Source: Tubulanus polymorphus
Taxonomy: Eukaryota; Animalia; Nemertea
Length of the DNA stretch: 64,000 bases
Direction: 5' to 3'
NCBI RefSeq assembly: GCF_964204645.1
Contig: NC_134025.1
Coordinates: 28,872,299-28,936,298 of the forward strand
Shown here: in pieces, positions 17,861 through 31,194 of the stretch
How positions within the stretch are numbered: the stretch's first letter is position 1
Layout of the letters: each line of letters opens with the position of its first letter
Notes under the pieces: model-generated
The model's database searches: none
Told to the model about the DNA's origin: nothing
Seen by the model: the letters and a program-made list of their open reading frames with translations, nothing else
Made by a program: the position numbers and the translations under genes

Positions 17861-19915
17861 CTAAACTCTCGACCAGGAGTCGGCATCGTCTTTTTTGTAA
17901 GCTGCCGTATGACGATTAGTGTTCACCAGATTCCAGCGATCCATCCACGGTCCTGTTACAGTCGTATCATAATCATCATGCTGATGAAAATATAATACAT
18001 ACAAAAACATTAATCTACTATATAACAGTAGTTCCTAACAGCAATATAAAAGGTCATTTCTATCTTCGCTCTCTACCTCCTCAATTATGTGTGCCTTATT
18101 TCTGTTGACACCGTCGAACTTCGTCCAGTCTATTTTATAGTCTGGGTCCGCGCTCGTTCTCATCAGTATCCCATCTTTTACACCATAGAACCCGTACGGA
18201 TGATCCGGCCTCTGCCACCTTAAATCAATGCTCCAACGAATCTCATCAGATATATTCGGCAAGCTGAAAAGTGTTAGATTGAGGAGAATTAGAGGAGGTA
18301 AATTTCGCTGACTAAAATCCATAGTTAGTCAAACTCCGATAACTTTTCACTGGGGACTATGAAAAAAGTGAGCGACATCCAAATAATGACTTATGACTTA
18401 TTGGCAAATTGCAGACAAATTGGGACTCAAAATCAGTAATGACCTAAGTAATGTGATAACCTTTCCAAGATTTAGACTTTAATACCGTTTCTCTTGGAGA
18501 ACACGCATTACCTTTGGTGAGGCAGCACATTACTGAACATTAGTAATCCTCCATAAGGCACTGGTACTGTAATGATATCCTTCTTCAAATCAACCCCTTC
18601 AATAAAAATATAGATTAATCTAATGAAGTTAGCAGCACTTAATTCAACAACAATTTCATTTATTAAATTATATATACCCAGAGTTTTCTCCATTTCCTCC
18701 TCAGATAAAGTAACATACCAGGTCTGACCATCACAACACGTATGAGTAGCTATTTTACCAGATTTGTGACCGTAACGGGCCAACTATTCAAAATAACATC
18801 AATATTGAAATATTCATTCAGTCTTATTTATTACCAGGTTTTGGATTGAAATCATGATTAGGCCTGCCTGCATGCAACCGTTATTGGCATTAGCGTCCAA
18901 GAATGGAATCCACGCTGTTGGTTGTAAAACATTGTACGAATCCGTGTCCAAATACGCCGAATCTATTTAAAAGAAAGAACCGAGTTTAGAAAAAGTCACG
19001 GATATATAGAATATTCTATACACCTTTATACATAGTGAGTTTCATTAGAATTCCTTTGTTTTACCTTGATGCCAAGGGACAACAGTGGCTTCATTCTGGG
19101 GGCATTTTACGCGGATATTCCACACTGGATGTCCCCCAATCTCTGGTCCTATCAATTGTTCTACCACATTTAGCAAACGTTCATTCGTCCATAAATCTTT
19201 CAGTGGCTGGAATTAAAATGGAAGCTAATAAACTTTCTGATTGACATATTGTAATGTATTGTACAGTATAGTGTAAGTCCTTGTGGGATATTACTTAAAA
19301 TCACGAGTTCACTGCGACACTAAACTGACAAGATTGGCGGAATAAATTTTACCTGAGGGAGGACACCATATTTCTTTATCAGTACTATGTTAGCTCCAGG
19401 AAACTCTTTATTTAGTTTTGTCAACCTTTGTTTAAAACCATATTCTTTGTATTTATCTAAAAATATACGAATTCAAGTAAGACTAGCATAAAAAATAACT
19501 CAAGGGATCAAAAAGAAGAGAAAGTTAGTCGAGATCAACATTGAAATCCATTTACTCTTTATTTTTCCATTCTTGTAAAGATCCTCAGCCAAGTCATCAA
19601 CTAGGGCATTAATAGCTTCAACACACGGATCCAATTCTTCTTTTGTAAAGAAATCTTCGATGACCATATAACCCTACAAATCAAATCATTGCATGACAGT
19701 CATCGACAAACATTTCAACAAATAACATTTGACACAAATTTAACGATTTCGATACAATGTCAGAATATATGACAACACTAAAATATCCTCAAAACCTCTT
19801 CAAAGAACTGTTTTATCTTCTCTATAGGTAACTGTCCTGGCTTCTTAGGTGGTTGCGGTGGCACTTCGTTAAATAGATGGGCACTGGCAGCTTTCACTTT
19901 CTCTGTATCCGCCAT
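17861..19915 (-). CDS. Phytanoyl-CoA dioxygenase (PhyH) family 2OG-Fe(II) oxygenase (multi-exon)
   Basis: FFEEGYMVIEDFF, HPVWNIR, iron-ligand motif PWHQDSAY, AWIPFLDANANNGCMQ, distal His in LPHQSLPN, and IRWSIDLRWQ. Ends ...WSRV*. Confidence 0.88.
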
Positions 19916-20463
19916 TTTGAGAGTCACATGATTAGTTTATGTCCTGTCAAGTCGAGGGCTCGAATCCTTATTTATTTGTCCAGAGATTATTGCAGACATG
20001 AATTGCAGTGTAGAAAAATTGAATTCTTTTTTAAGGCCATCTGGTGAATGCAATAGCCTACAGGACGACTTCATAACATTCATCCAGCGGATTTTTTTCA
20101 TATAGAGATGGGGTACAAACAGATATCCTCTAATATGAAGCTAGTATACACCTTCAAGATCACATTCCTCTTCCACGAAATAACCATAAAAACACAACTC
20201 ACTTAGAAAAAAAGAGTTTTTGTTTAATGATTATATCATACACAATGACAGTAAAAATATTACATGAAAACTGTACAATGAAATGCTTGGAATAAGAACC
20301 ACCTCATCAATCAGAGACCAAATCGCTAAATGTTCTTTATAAATCCTCCAAATTGTTGAGAGATAATCTTCAAATTTCAATAATATCAGATACACGAGAA
20401 AGTTCTTGTTAAAATCATCAAGATGCCATGATTGAATTCCCAAGGATGTCGACTTATTACTAA

Positions 20464-22119
20464 TTAGGCGGCTTCTTTTTGGACTGCTTGGATTAGCGTT
20501 ATGTTGTCACCTTTTAACAAGATCCGACCTGAAACACAAATAATCAAATAATGATTAATCGATTGATACTGGATTAAAATGATTTCGTATTGATAAATCA
20601 ATTTTCAAACCTACCTAATTGTTTTCTGTTGTGAGTTTTCATATGAACTTCTTCCCCATCATCCAATACAAGATTCATGTACTCATCAAAACCCTGCACA
20701 GATATAAAACAATATTGATAATATGCATGAAAATCAATAATTTCAGGTGGTGTTTTTGAGAAAGGTGTATTCTTCAATATCGTACTTACAACAATACAGC
20801 CTTCAATTCTCAAATTCGTTTGTTCATAAAGCCACACTTGAATTTTTGATCTCTGAAATTGAGAATTAAATTATCAAATTTTAAGGCAATTGCATAATTC
20901 ATTTAACATCATTGTCCTTTCTATGTCTATGATATTCAATTTACTATATGTCATGGCATCGTCATACCCCAGTCCCAGAGCTTAAAAATCGAAAAAAAAT
21001 TCAACCAAAATATAATCTCTTTTCACTTATTTTTTGTTTGTCTAGAATTTTGGTATGATGATCATGTCATGATGGATGAATAATTAAGCAAAATCAAAAT
21101 TATCTCATTTGAATTGACAGTAAGAATACTTACACTTTGTAAATACCTGAATATCAAGTTCTGAAATTATGAGGTCAAGGAATGTAAAAATTCATCTAAG
21201 CTGCAAAATACTCTTATATACTCAGTCTTAAGGCGTTTTTGTGAGCCGATTCGAATAGGTCGATTAGCTATTATGCGCATTCGTGAGCCAAGGTGTTTAG
21301 GCTAATCGGTACATTTGTGAGACGATTTACATAAACTGATTTGGCAAATTCTCCTAATCGTCCCCGGAGGTGTTTAGGCGATTTGATTAGACCGGTTTTC
21401 AATCAAAAATTAAAATGGCGGAGTGAATTCTTCTTCGTTATATTTTTCAACAGTTTTTTCAACATAATCATTAATCCGCCGTTTTTTATAGATACTTTTC
21501 GTATGTTTCATTACTTCTGTTTCAAAAAATATACTGGAACTCGTAGGGCATAACAGATTATTTCTGACTGCTGTAATCTTCCCATTTTTATTTTGGTCTG
21601 GGTATTTGTCAGTTTTCAGCAGCTCATTGATAATAAGAAGCGCTGAACTCTTTTTCTTGTTGTCCATCATGGAGGCAGCCATGTTACCTAATCGAAGTAA
21701 CTAAACTGCTCATCAAAACTGCTCAAAACCTCTATACAATCTATTCAGCTCACAAAAACGCCTTGGGCGAACTCTTTTATGACCTCCGAAGGCGAAGTCT
21801 CCGTCCGAAATCTCCGGTTGGCTCCACACAAAATTCGAATCACACCACCTCGACAGAAAGGTGGTTTCGGAGACTCCAAAAAGTCACGTGACCAATAAAA
21901 AGGTACGATTGGAGGCAAACGGATTCTCCGATCTGATAAAAGAGTTCGCCCCTTTAGTCTACAAAACTGATAATCTAAGCAGAGTAACAACAGACTAACT
22001 ACCCTAACTTAGAAACAAAAACATCAATAAGAAACTGATAAAAGTGTAATTTCTCAGATATTCAAGGATACAATCGGTTGCACCATCACTTTCTGTACTT
22101 TCTGCCCTTTGTAAGCCAT
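20464..22119 (-). CDS. SNRPE: Small nuclear ribonucleoprotein E (SmE), 5 coding exons
   Basis: [86 protein letters not shown]... Confidence 0.97.
21231..21763 (-). mobile_element. Internally deleted PIF/Harbinger-like element with a transposase N-terminal remnant (ORF 21410-21682)
   Basis: TIRs aggcgtttttgtgagc(c/t)ga ... tcagctcacaaaaacgcct, preceded by TTA. The ORF ends [18 protein letters not shown] and then shifts frame to RHF, which resembles the Harbinger transposase N-terminal motif. Confidence 0.68.
21765..21951. mobile_element. MITE directly abutting the Harbinger-like element
   Basis: 16-bp perfect TIRs gggcgaactcttttat ... ataaaagagttcgccc. Confidence 0.75.
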
Positions 22120-22360
22120 CGTGAGGAAAGTAAATCAACAGAATACTGACAATAAAAACCGCGTCGAAATAACGTCGAATTTTCAATGGACGCACGTTCG
22201 GCGAACAACTTCCGGTCAGCTAAAACGCGGATGCGGTCTAGACCCAGGCTGCTTACGTGTTTTACCGTGAACTCACAACTAGGCGGCGCTTTTAAATTAG
22301 CAGACGAAGCTTTTTTAGAAGTAAATTTGACATTTCAGACGAAAGTATTGCAGTTTTGAT
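22120..22360. promoter_or_regulatory. Bidirectional promoter between SNRPE and SYCP1
   Basis: CpG-rich stretch with ACTTCCGG at about 22208 and GGCGG-N4-TTTAAA at 22282-22296. A probable SYCP1 5' UTR exon donor GTAAGT lies at 22361. Confidence 0.6.
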
Positions 22361-22604
22361 GTAAGTTCCGCGATTAAACCGAGCTTTTACATCATAAACC
22401 CATAATCTAATGGTCCTTCGTGAATCTTAACCGAAAATAAATGATAATTGAAATATTTCTCTCTATATTTTTTTACTACACCTCGTCTTCGCTGTCCCCT
22501 GGAAACTGAAAGAAATACACCACACAAATAAATCCATCATCATCCGTCTTGCCGGACACTAGGGTGGTGATAGCTAAATCTTAGCCAAAATAGACGAAGC
22601 AGAT

Positions 22605-25600
22605 ATGGAAAAACAGCCATTTTTCAAGCCAATCATAACCGGGGTATGTTAGAAATACCGATTTCGTCTTATTCTGATAATTTATGTTCACTTGACTCAA
22701 ACTGTTTGAATATACAAAGTCATTGCTTGTATTTTGAGTTTTCGCTTCTTCTGCATATTCTTCTCTATCTGAAACTATTTTGGACTCCTCTAAAATTCCA
22801 CTAAAGTAAAGTCTATTTAAACAAATTTGGAGTTTCCTTAAATTGACTGTGATTATTGGCACTTGAATTACAAAAATCATCAATAAAATTTGCAAACATA
22901 CTTGAACTACTTGACTCTAATTGTAGCCTTACAAATTTCAGTCTTCAGGTCCTCGCACACCGGGTCGGCATCAAGAGATCAATGGAAATCAAAGGAAGTA
23001 TTTTGCATCTATCCGAGCACGGGGTAAGCATTTAAACCCTCTCCCCCTAAACTTCTCAAAACTTGCTTTATTCAATTAAATTTCTACCTCCCCCTCAGAA
23101 CCGTCAGTGGCAAGTCAACAGAGGATAGTGCAACAAGATCACATTAGTGGAGGTGAAAAATTGTCAGTCCTACATACAAGACTTCATCATGAGGCTGAGA
23201 AAATAATGAAGTGGAAAGTTCAAACAGAAATAGATATGAAACAGAAGGTGAAAATATTTATCACGCTTTGTGCAGGTTTATGAAAATGTTTAAAGCTTTA
23301 AACTGTTAAGTTTGAATCATAATCTTCATTGAAAACATGAAGAGTCCAAAAGTAATTAAGTCTAAGATTTGAGTAATTTCCCTATTTTTAGGATCGAAAG
23401 ATACACGATGCCAAACAAACCATTGAATCACTGCGAAAATCTGCCCTTGAGCTACAGGTATTTGCTGATGTTTTTTTAGAATTTTTCACATTTATGCGCA
23501 GATATATTTTCACCGCTGTGAAATGTCGGCTTTCAGCTTCAAAACGAAAACTTGGGCACAAAACTTCAAGAAGAGATCAACAACAGAGAGGAGATTGTAC
23601 AAAAGTAATGGATTTTCAAAGGGTCAAATAGGCCTAATTGAAAAAGAAGAAACTTACAGCTTGGAACTGGAGACTTCTTTTATCAATTAGACACTTTTTT
23701 TCAGAATTTTGATGAATTTGAGATAATTTTTGATTTTTTTCAGAATCAATGCAACTCGTGATATGTGTATACTTTTGAAGGATCACGCGTCTAGATTAGA
23801 GGATAAGTTACAAAAGTGTAAGAATCTCTACAAGGCCAGGCTATAAAATGGCCAGATTTCTGAAAGATTCTAGCGTTTGAATTGTAAATGAATGATTTAT
23901 GTTGAAATTATAGGTGAAACTCAAAAGACGGAATTAAAGTATTTGGATAAAGAACGTATGAAACAATTTGAGGTATGAATGTTTATCTCTATAGGATTTC
24001 CACATCACTGGAACATTCGTTTAACCCGTATTTCTTTTACTTCAATAGGAATTGACAACTTGTTTCAAGAATTTAGAAATCAAGACACAGGATCAACAAG
24101 ACAATTTTACCAACAAACGTGAGAAATTTCATTTTATTTTTTTTTAAGTTAATGTGTGAACTCTATTTCATCTGAATCTGGTTAAAACTTGTTTGAATGA
24201 TGATATTTTGTAGTCAAATTAATGTCTGATGAGAAAGCCACGATGAAAAAGAATATGACAGAACAGCTGGTCAAAACTGAGAATCAGGTTTATGAATGTC
24301 TTTAATTCAAAATACGACATCTAGATACGAAATAACTTAAAATTTTTACATGTACCTTTGAATTACCTTCAAATTACCTTTGAATATAGTTGAAAGATTT
24401 GACTGGAATGTGCGAGGCTAAAGAAAAACAGATCGAATCAATTCGCGCAAACTTGAAACAAAACGAAGAAATACTTTGTGAATATAAAACTGAACAATGT
24501 AAGGGATTTCTGACTCTTGCTAGGGTTGGAAATAGAATGTATTCAACTGTGCAAATTTACATTAGATGTAAACCTAACTGAACATTGCTTTATCTATTAT
24601 TTGGTTCCTTTCTAGGTCGATTGCAAGAAAAGTTACAGTTGTCAGAAGACAGCGTTACAAACCAGACAGTTCATCTGCAAACAGTTTGCCAGGAACTCAC
24701 TAAAACAAGGGTGATTATGATTAAATGCTTCAGAATGGAAATAATTACAAATATATCTGAATAAAACGTCCCTAATGATCATGATGATGGTTGATTAATT
24801 TCTTAAAACATTTATAGAATAGCAAAGCTCTTTATTACATTTCAAACCAGATAAAATTTTTAGAAACATTATAATTTGTCATGATAGAATTCTCAAATCA
24901 AAAATATTATAGGTGATTGGAAAACTGATTATGTCTTATTCCGTAACTGATTTTCTGTCACTTGAACTAAATCCTTGAGATCTGATAAAAATGCGTTATT
25001 TCTCGAAAATTCCATTAGTCAGAAAATTTCCCGATGATTTATTGGTAACTCTGAAAATGTGTGTGTTTTTAGACTGAGAAAACAGATTGTCAAAGTGTAT
25101 TGAGTGAAACACAAGTTAAACTCGATAATGAAGTCGTAGCTAAAGATGAATTACAAACGAAACTGATTGAAAAGGAAAAAGTGTTCACCGAAGAAATCAA
25201 ATTGTTGAAGGAGGAAATTGAACAACTGATTGAAAAACATAAATCAGAATGTGACAAGTATAATTTATTAATCGGGTAATCTCGATGAATAATTCTTTAC
25301 TGCTATTCTGATTTGTATGTTTGAATTGTAGACGTGCAGAAGAAATGGAAATAAATCGTCTTCACAATGAAATGGCCCTCGAGGAACAGAAATGTGCTAA
25401 TGGTCAGTGAATGAATCAGAATTCTTTATTTAATCTAAATTGTTACTGATGACACTTCAGAATTGTAACTAATATTTCAATAATTCTAGAAATGTTAATG
25501 ATGCAAAATACGGAAGCTGACAACAGAATACAAAAGCTTGAAGCAGAAAATGTAGGTAAAAATCCAATTTCTCGATCAGCTTGTATTCCTTATGAGAAGT

Positions 25601-28600
25601 CAGTTGTTTTGATTTTCGATTTCAGACCTCATTGTTGAATACGAAAGACTCGCTCACTGCCAATTTGTCGTCAACAGTTAATGAAAGAAATAATTTTGCC
25701 AAACAATGCGCTCAACTTCAGGAGGAGAACGACAAATTTGAGGTTTAATGAGTAGAATCTTTATTTCCAGATTTTCTTGATTCTCTGTATTTATTGTGGT
25801 GTATTTGTTTCATTGTATCCTTGATAATCAATTTCAGCAAGAACTACAGTCAGCAGATCAGGAAAATGCAGCCCTGAAAGACAAAATTAATGGCTTAAAC
25901 CAACAAATTTCAGAGGGAGAAAAGCAAATTGTTATCAGAATGGTTAATTGACTTGTTTTACCACTATGAAATAACGTATATTCAAATACATTTGAGGGTT
26001 ATATAGATCTGCATTTTTTTTAGAGCGAAATCGATAATTTAGAGAAAGATCTGAGAGTTTCTGATGATAAACAACAAGTGTTGAGAGAGAAAATTGATGA
26101 ATTGAAGACACAACTAGAGAATCAGAGGTAGGTAAATTCAACAAGCTTTACTTTGTGTGTCAGTTTCTACTAATTGTTCGAATCGTGATATTTTTCAGCA
26201 AAGAAGCAGATAATTTAAACAAACAACTGGATGAGGGTCAATTAGAAGTCAAAGAATTGAAGAAGGAATTGATATCTGCTAAAAAAGAGATGACTAAACT
26301 TACTAAAGATCTACAGGTAAATTGCTGTTAGAACATCTTGTGTGGGTCTGTATGATTATCAAAATGATTGAAATTTTGATTGTGAGTTTATGATATCTAC
26401 AGAAATCTACCGACAAAGAGTTGAAACTACAGCAGAAATTTGACCAAGTTGAGGCAGAATGCGGGGAACTGAGGTAATTAGAAATCAGTATAACATGTAT
26501 TGATAAATAAATAACTGTTACTAAAAAATATATTCGATTTCAGCGAAGAATTGAAAACTCTACAACGAATGTTGGAAGACAAGCAAGAAACAGTTGATAA
26601 TCTCATGCAAGAAAATGCTGACCATGTAAAGTGTTTTACTTGTGAACATAGAACGTGAAGTGAATTGATAGCCTTAAACTCGATTCTGATTTAATTACTT
26701 TTATCAGGCAAAATCTGTGGAAAACGAGCGAGAAAATAAAAACAAGAAAACGTCGAGTATGGAATCACAAATAAAGAATCTCAAAACTGATGTCACTAGT
26801 AGAAACAAGCATATTAAAGAATTAGAGAGAGAGGTATGAAAGTTGATCAATGCATATACAGGGTCCGATCTAAAGAATAAGAACCACTTGCCCGGGGGCA
26901 AGTATATCTGAAATTCTATTTGCCCCCTAAAATATCTGCTTGCCCTACACACAAGCAGTCAAACAGTTGTATCGATTGGGAAATGGCTTTGAGCTATAAA
27001 ATTGCACTATCCCGGTGGACAAGTGATAATGATAACCTACTTGCCCTAATGATAATCTACTTGTCCCGGGCAATCGGACAAGTGCTTAGATCGGACCCTC
27101 ATATACCAGGTTGTAATAATTACTGCAAGTTATCCCCGTGTTTGCTCTGCCACTATAGATAAAAGGATTGAAGAAAGAATTGTCGACTGAGGAGAAAAAA
27201 TCAAACAAACTCAGCGATAAATGTACCGAATATGACTCGTGTTTGAAAGAAAATAAATCAAAATCTGAAGAATTACAGCAAAAAATTGACGAAATGAAGA
27301 AGCAGTTAGAAAAGGAGAAAGAATCGAAAGAGAAAGCTGAATTTATGGTAGATTTATAATAATCGACCTAGATTTCCGTTTTATTCGGTCAGAGATGAAT
27401 CTACTTCAGAATTTGATTTTTAATTGCTTGTGTTTCTGAGATTGAGGATTTGAAAACTTCGACGTCGAACGCGATCAAAGAAAAAGACGAAGCCCGTCAG
27501 AAATTCGAAAGTCAAATGAATGAAATGATCGGGATATTAGATAACTACAATAAAGACGGTCAAGCTATCATTGCGAAGAAGGATAAAGAACTCGAAAAGT
27601 TGAAATTCGAACTCGAAAAACTTAAAAAGGCCAGTAAAACAGAAACGGTGAAATAGAAACAGTGAAACTGTTGTTGAATTGGGGAATTAATAGAATGCAT
27701 TTATCTTGTCATTTTCCAACAGTTGCCAACTGTTCATGATTTTCAGTACTTTGTTACTATTCTGTCCTGAGAAATATTGTTTTTGTTTGATACATACAGA
27801 AATGTGAATGATGTTTTATTGAGGGTCTGACAGATTGATTTTCTTTTTTATTTCGATGAAATGTTCTTGAAAAAATTAGAACTTTTTACTACTGATAGCC
27901 TTTTGCAAAGGTTGGCTTCCTTAATTGTTTATCTAAAATAATTTTTCATTTTTCAGAATACAAACTCTATCGCTGTTAATGAAGAAATAAATGCCTTACA
28001 GCAGAAACTCGAACAATCTGAATCTGATCGATTATTGGCTGAAACAAACAATGACGAGCTTGATAAAGAAGTGACATCATTGAAAGAAATCATCAAAATC
28101 AAAGTAGGCCTTTGAAGTGAAAGAGAACCTATTCATAAGGAATAACATCGATGGATGTTACTTTTTTGTACATGGTGTTTTGAATTAGAGGATACTCATA
28201 ATTTACAGTCTCTCTGATATTTTGTTGACTTGTTGATAAACCGTGATTTTTTTTTTCAATGAATTTAGTCGATCTATCACTGAGAAAGTACCTGTCAAGA
28301 AGTGGTTGATTTTTCTTGGACTGCTGTTATATCTGTCTGAGTAGCATTCTGTAGGACTGCTCTGTTTCTTGTAGAATGCTGATGTTGAGTCACTGCAAAA
28401 ACAGTTGGAAGATTTAGAAACCGAGAAAAACGAGTTGAAGTCTGAAATGACGGTTTTGTGTGCGCCTCAGACACCACAGACTCCTCGTTCAACCTTAAAT
28501 AAACCGGCAAATCCGAGAACACCGAAAAAACCAGCCAGACCTTCATCGAATTCCAAACCGACCCCTTCTCAAACGCCAAAGGTTTTCCATCTTGAGTTTA

Positions 28601-29700
28601 CTATATATCCTTATAAAATGTTTAAATCGTTACAAAAGAACAACGTGTTTGAATATTGTATTGGAATCATTGTTTCAGAAAATCGCCGCAATCTTAGCCA
28701 CGCCAAAACAGACCCCAGCATCTTGTAAAATTCTGACACCAGGCGATTCTATAGCTAAAAAACGACGAGTCATATTCGCCGCCTCAGATGACGATGACAG
28801 AAAATCGGACACAACTGTTTCAGAGTGTATGGAAGTAGATGTAAGTAATAAACGAACATTTTAGTTTTTAAATTGAAATACCGATGATTTGTGTGATTGT
28901 TCTGCCTAGATTGATGAATTGGATTCACGTCTGAAAAATAAGAGAACTCCACCTGTAAAAGGTCGTCCTTCACCGCTTATAACACCTACTGCTAGAAAAC
29001 AAAAACAACCTACATCTACAACCCTGCCACTAAAACCTACTCCGAGAGGTCCACCTGCTGCACAAATATTGAGACAGAAAAAGGTACAATTCAAACTTGA
29101 TTCGTGGTAGATTTCTAATCAGTCTCGATTGTTGTCATCCTTTCGTCAATGCTCTTTTTTATTGATGCAATAATCTAGGCTCGCGTTGAACCATTTTCGA
29201 GGAAGAAACAAGATGAAAATGTGAAAAGTCTTGTGTTTACAGATGCGAAAACTCGACCAGTTATTCAGGTACTTTTAAATCAATTGATTTCACTGGTCAC
29301 ACGTCGAACCTTGTTTTAAGGACCTCGGATATAACTATTTATCGGTTATTACAAACCTAGAATTTCATCCCAAAGGACAATTTTAACGATTTAATTTTCG
29401 ATTGAACAAACTTTCGGTTAATACACCACGCATATTTTCTTGTGCCCAGAAGTTAGTTGTACGACGAGGCGTTCAACTGTATCGGCTTCATCTGTATCGA
29501 GTATATTCTGTTTACAGCAGCAGCAGCAGTTACCCTCATCGGAGAACAAGACATTCAACATCCGCAAAACACCTCAGAAATTAACGCCGAACAGATTCTT
29601 CAAATCACGATCGCCAAAAAATTATAAAACCCTGCAGAATGCCGAGGATTTGTCGTGGTTTGACGCTGATGATGTTTTCGGATTCGCTGCTGAAGATTAG
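22605..29700 (+). CDS. SYCP1: Synaptonemal complex protein 1 (transverse filament; many short exons)
   Basis: Starts MEKQPFFKP. Conserved N-terminal block LSVLHTRLHHEAEKIMKWKVQTEIDMKQKDRKI...LRKSALELQLQNENL...INATRDMCILLKDH. A long coiled coil and an S/TP-rich basic tail follow. Ends LSWFDADDVFGFAAED*. Confidence 0.9.
26860..27099. mobile_element. MITE (hAT-like termini) in an SYCP1 intron
   Basis: TIRs agggtccgatctaa ... ttagatcggaccct, flanked by the direct repeat catatac. Confidence 0.75.
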
Positions 29701-30087
29701 GAGAAAAATGTAATAAAAACTGTGATAAAACGTGACCTGTGATAGCGAGTGTGCGAATCAAACACCGAGTCAAAGATCATTTAATATTTCTGAAAGTGAT
29801 AGTTTTATGACTAAGATTCCAGCGCAGGATCCTTAAATCTGTATTGATTTAGGATGTATGTTCATTAATTGTTAATTTATTAATTGGAGTATACAGATTG
29901 TTACGTACTTTTCGTACTCTTGCTATTCGTTATTCAAAGTTATTTCAATAAATTATTGTTTTGGAAAATGTAATTTTATGGCTGCTTTTTATAAAACTGA
30001 TTTTCTTTGAGATTTCAACCAAGGACCAATCTCTACAGGTTTGTGCTGGCCCGTCATTCTTCCTCGGAATTTTTCTTAATGTATTTA

Positions 30088-30307
30088 GGCTAAACAAAAA
30101 TGATACCTTGTTTCTCCGCAGCGGCCGGGTAATTTTTGTAAAATATGATAAAATTTATAAACAGTTCATTTCTATAGCGGCCGGGTCTGTTATGGTGAAA
30201 TTGATCACGATTTTAAAAAAAGTAATGTATAGGGTAGATAGGCGGCCGGCCGGGTCAACATTTAAGCTCAGCAGAGCGGAGAAACAAGGTATCAATTTTT
30301 TTTAGCC
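30088..30307. mobile_element. MITE family B (PIF/Harbinger-type), copy 1
   Basis: TIRs ggctaaacaaaaatgataccttgtttctccgc ... gcggagaaacaaggtatcaattttttttagcc, with TTA on both sides. A near-identical inverted copy lies at 35735-35930. Confidence 0.88.
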
Positions 30308-31194
30308 TTAGTTCGGGATCTTATCGATTCCAAATTTGGAATTCTGACAGATTCGACAGATCCAAGCGGTATTGTAAATGTGACTGCTACACTTCCAGGA
30401 TCCTTTTCCAAATTCTTAAATCCAACGACCGAGTAACGCTTATACATGAATCAAAACGAAATATATATTTTCGAATGTTAACGGAGCTAAAAAGGTTGCA
30501 AAGACATAACACAAACAATTGAACATATCTTACAATAGAAAACATGATGCACACAAGCAATCAGTTCAATTCATGCTATGGTTGCATATAAATATCTAAT
30601 TAATCTAACCTACTACAAAAATATGTAATAATCTAATAACATAAGTAAAGATGGCCTTAAAATTCAATTCACAACATTGAATACAACATCAGAGACATGT
30701 ATACGACGGAAAACAACAAATATAACATCTAACAAAATCATTCCCTACAATAGCAGAATTACTAGACTCCAGTACACTCTGCATACTGGTGTTTAAGAAT
30801 ATTAACTCAAAAACAGTGATTAATATTGATTAATATGCAAGAATATCTAACAGTAACAAGACAAGTTTTTCAAAGACATAAAATTCACAAAAAATGGTTA
30901 TCAGCAAAACGAAATCAACGAGTCAAATATTTGCTAGGATGCTTGAAACACTTAGAAATTTCGAACATTAAGAAAATTCAAAATTGTGGAAAAGGGACTC
31001 GGCGCCTAGTTGCACATTCAAAGCTTAGATCCGAGACCAGTATTAAGACTAAGAATCTAACAAGACCAATCTTAAGACGTTTTGGCCTTAATTTGTGACT
31101 GTGCGAGTGGGCCCTGGATCCTGCAGCTACTTATATACACGCATACTCCAACCTCACGTATCTAGACTGAGGTCCGAAATAAAATTAATTTCGA

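Larger units (their letters stand above)
21161..22071 (-). other. U12-type GT-AG intron 1 of SNRPE
   Basis: On the minus strand, donor GTATCCTT starts at 22071 and branch point TTCCTTGAC (21182-21174) lies just upstream of the AG at 21162-21161. SmE genes are known to carry a minor intron. Confidence 0.92.

Noticed and set aside
17861-17872. C-terminal SRV as a peroxisomal PTS1 on the PhyH protein
   Set aside because: It is a non-canonical tripeptide with an acidic upstream context, too weak to claim.
29961-30305. 114-aa ORF with a 'paralogue' at 35725-35910
   Set aside because: Both are read-throughs of the same non-coding MITE.
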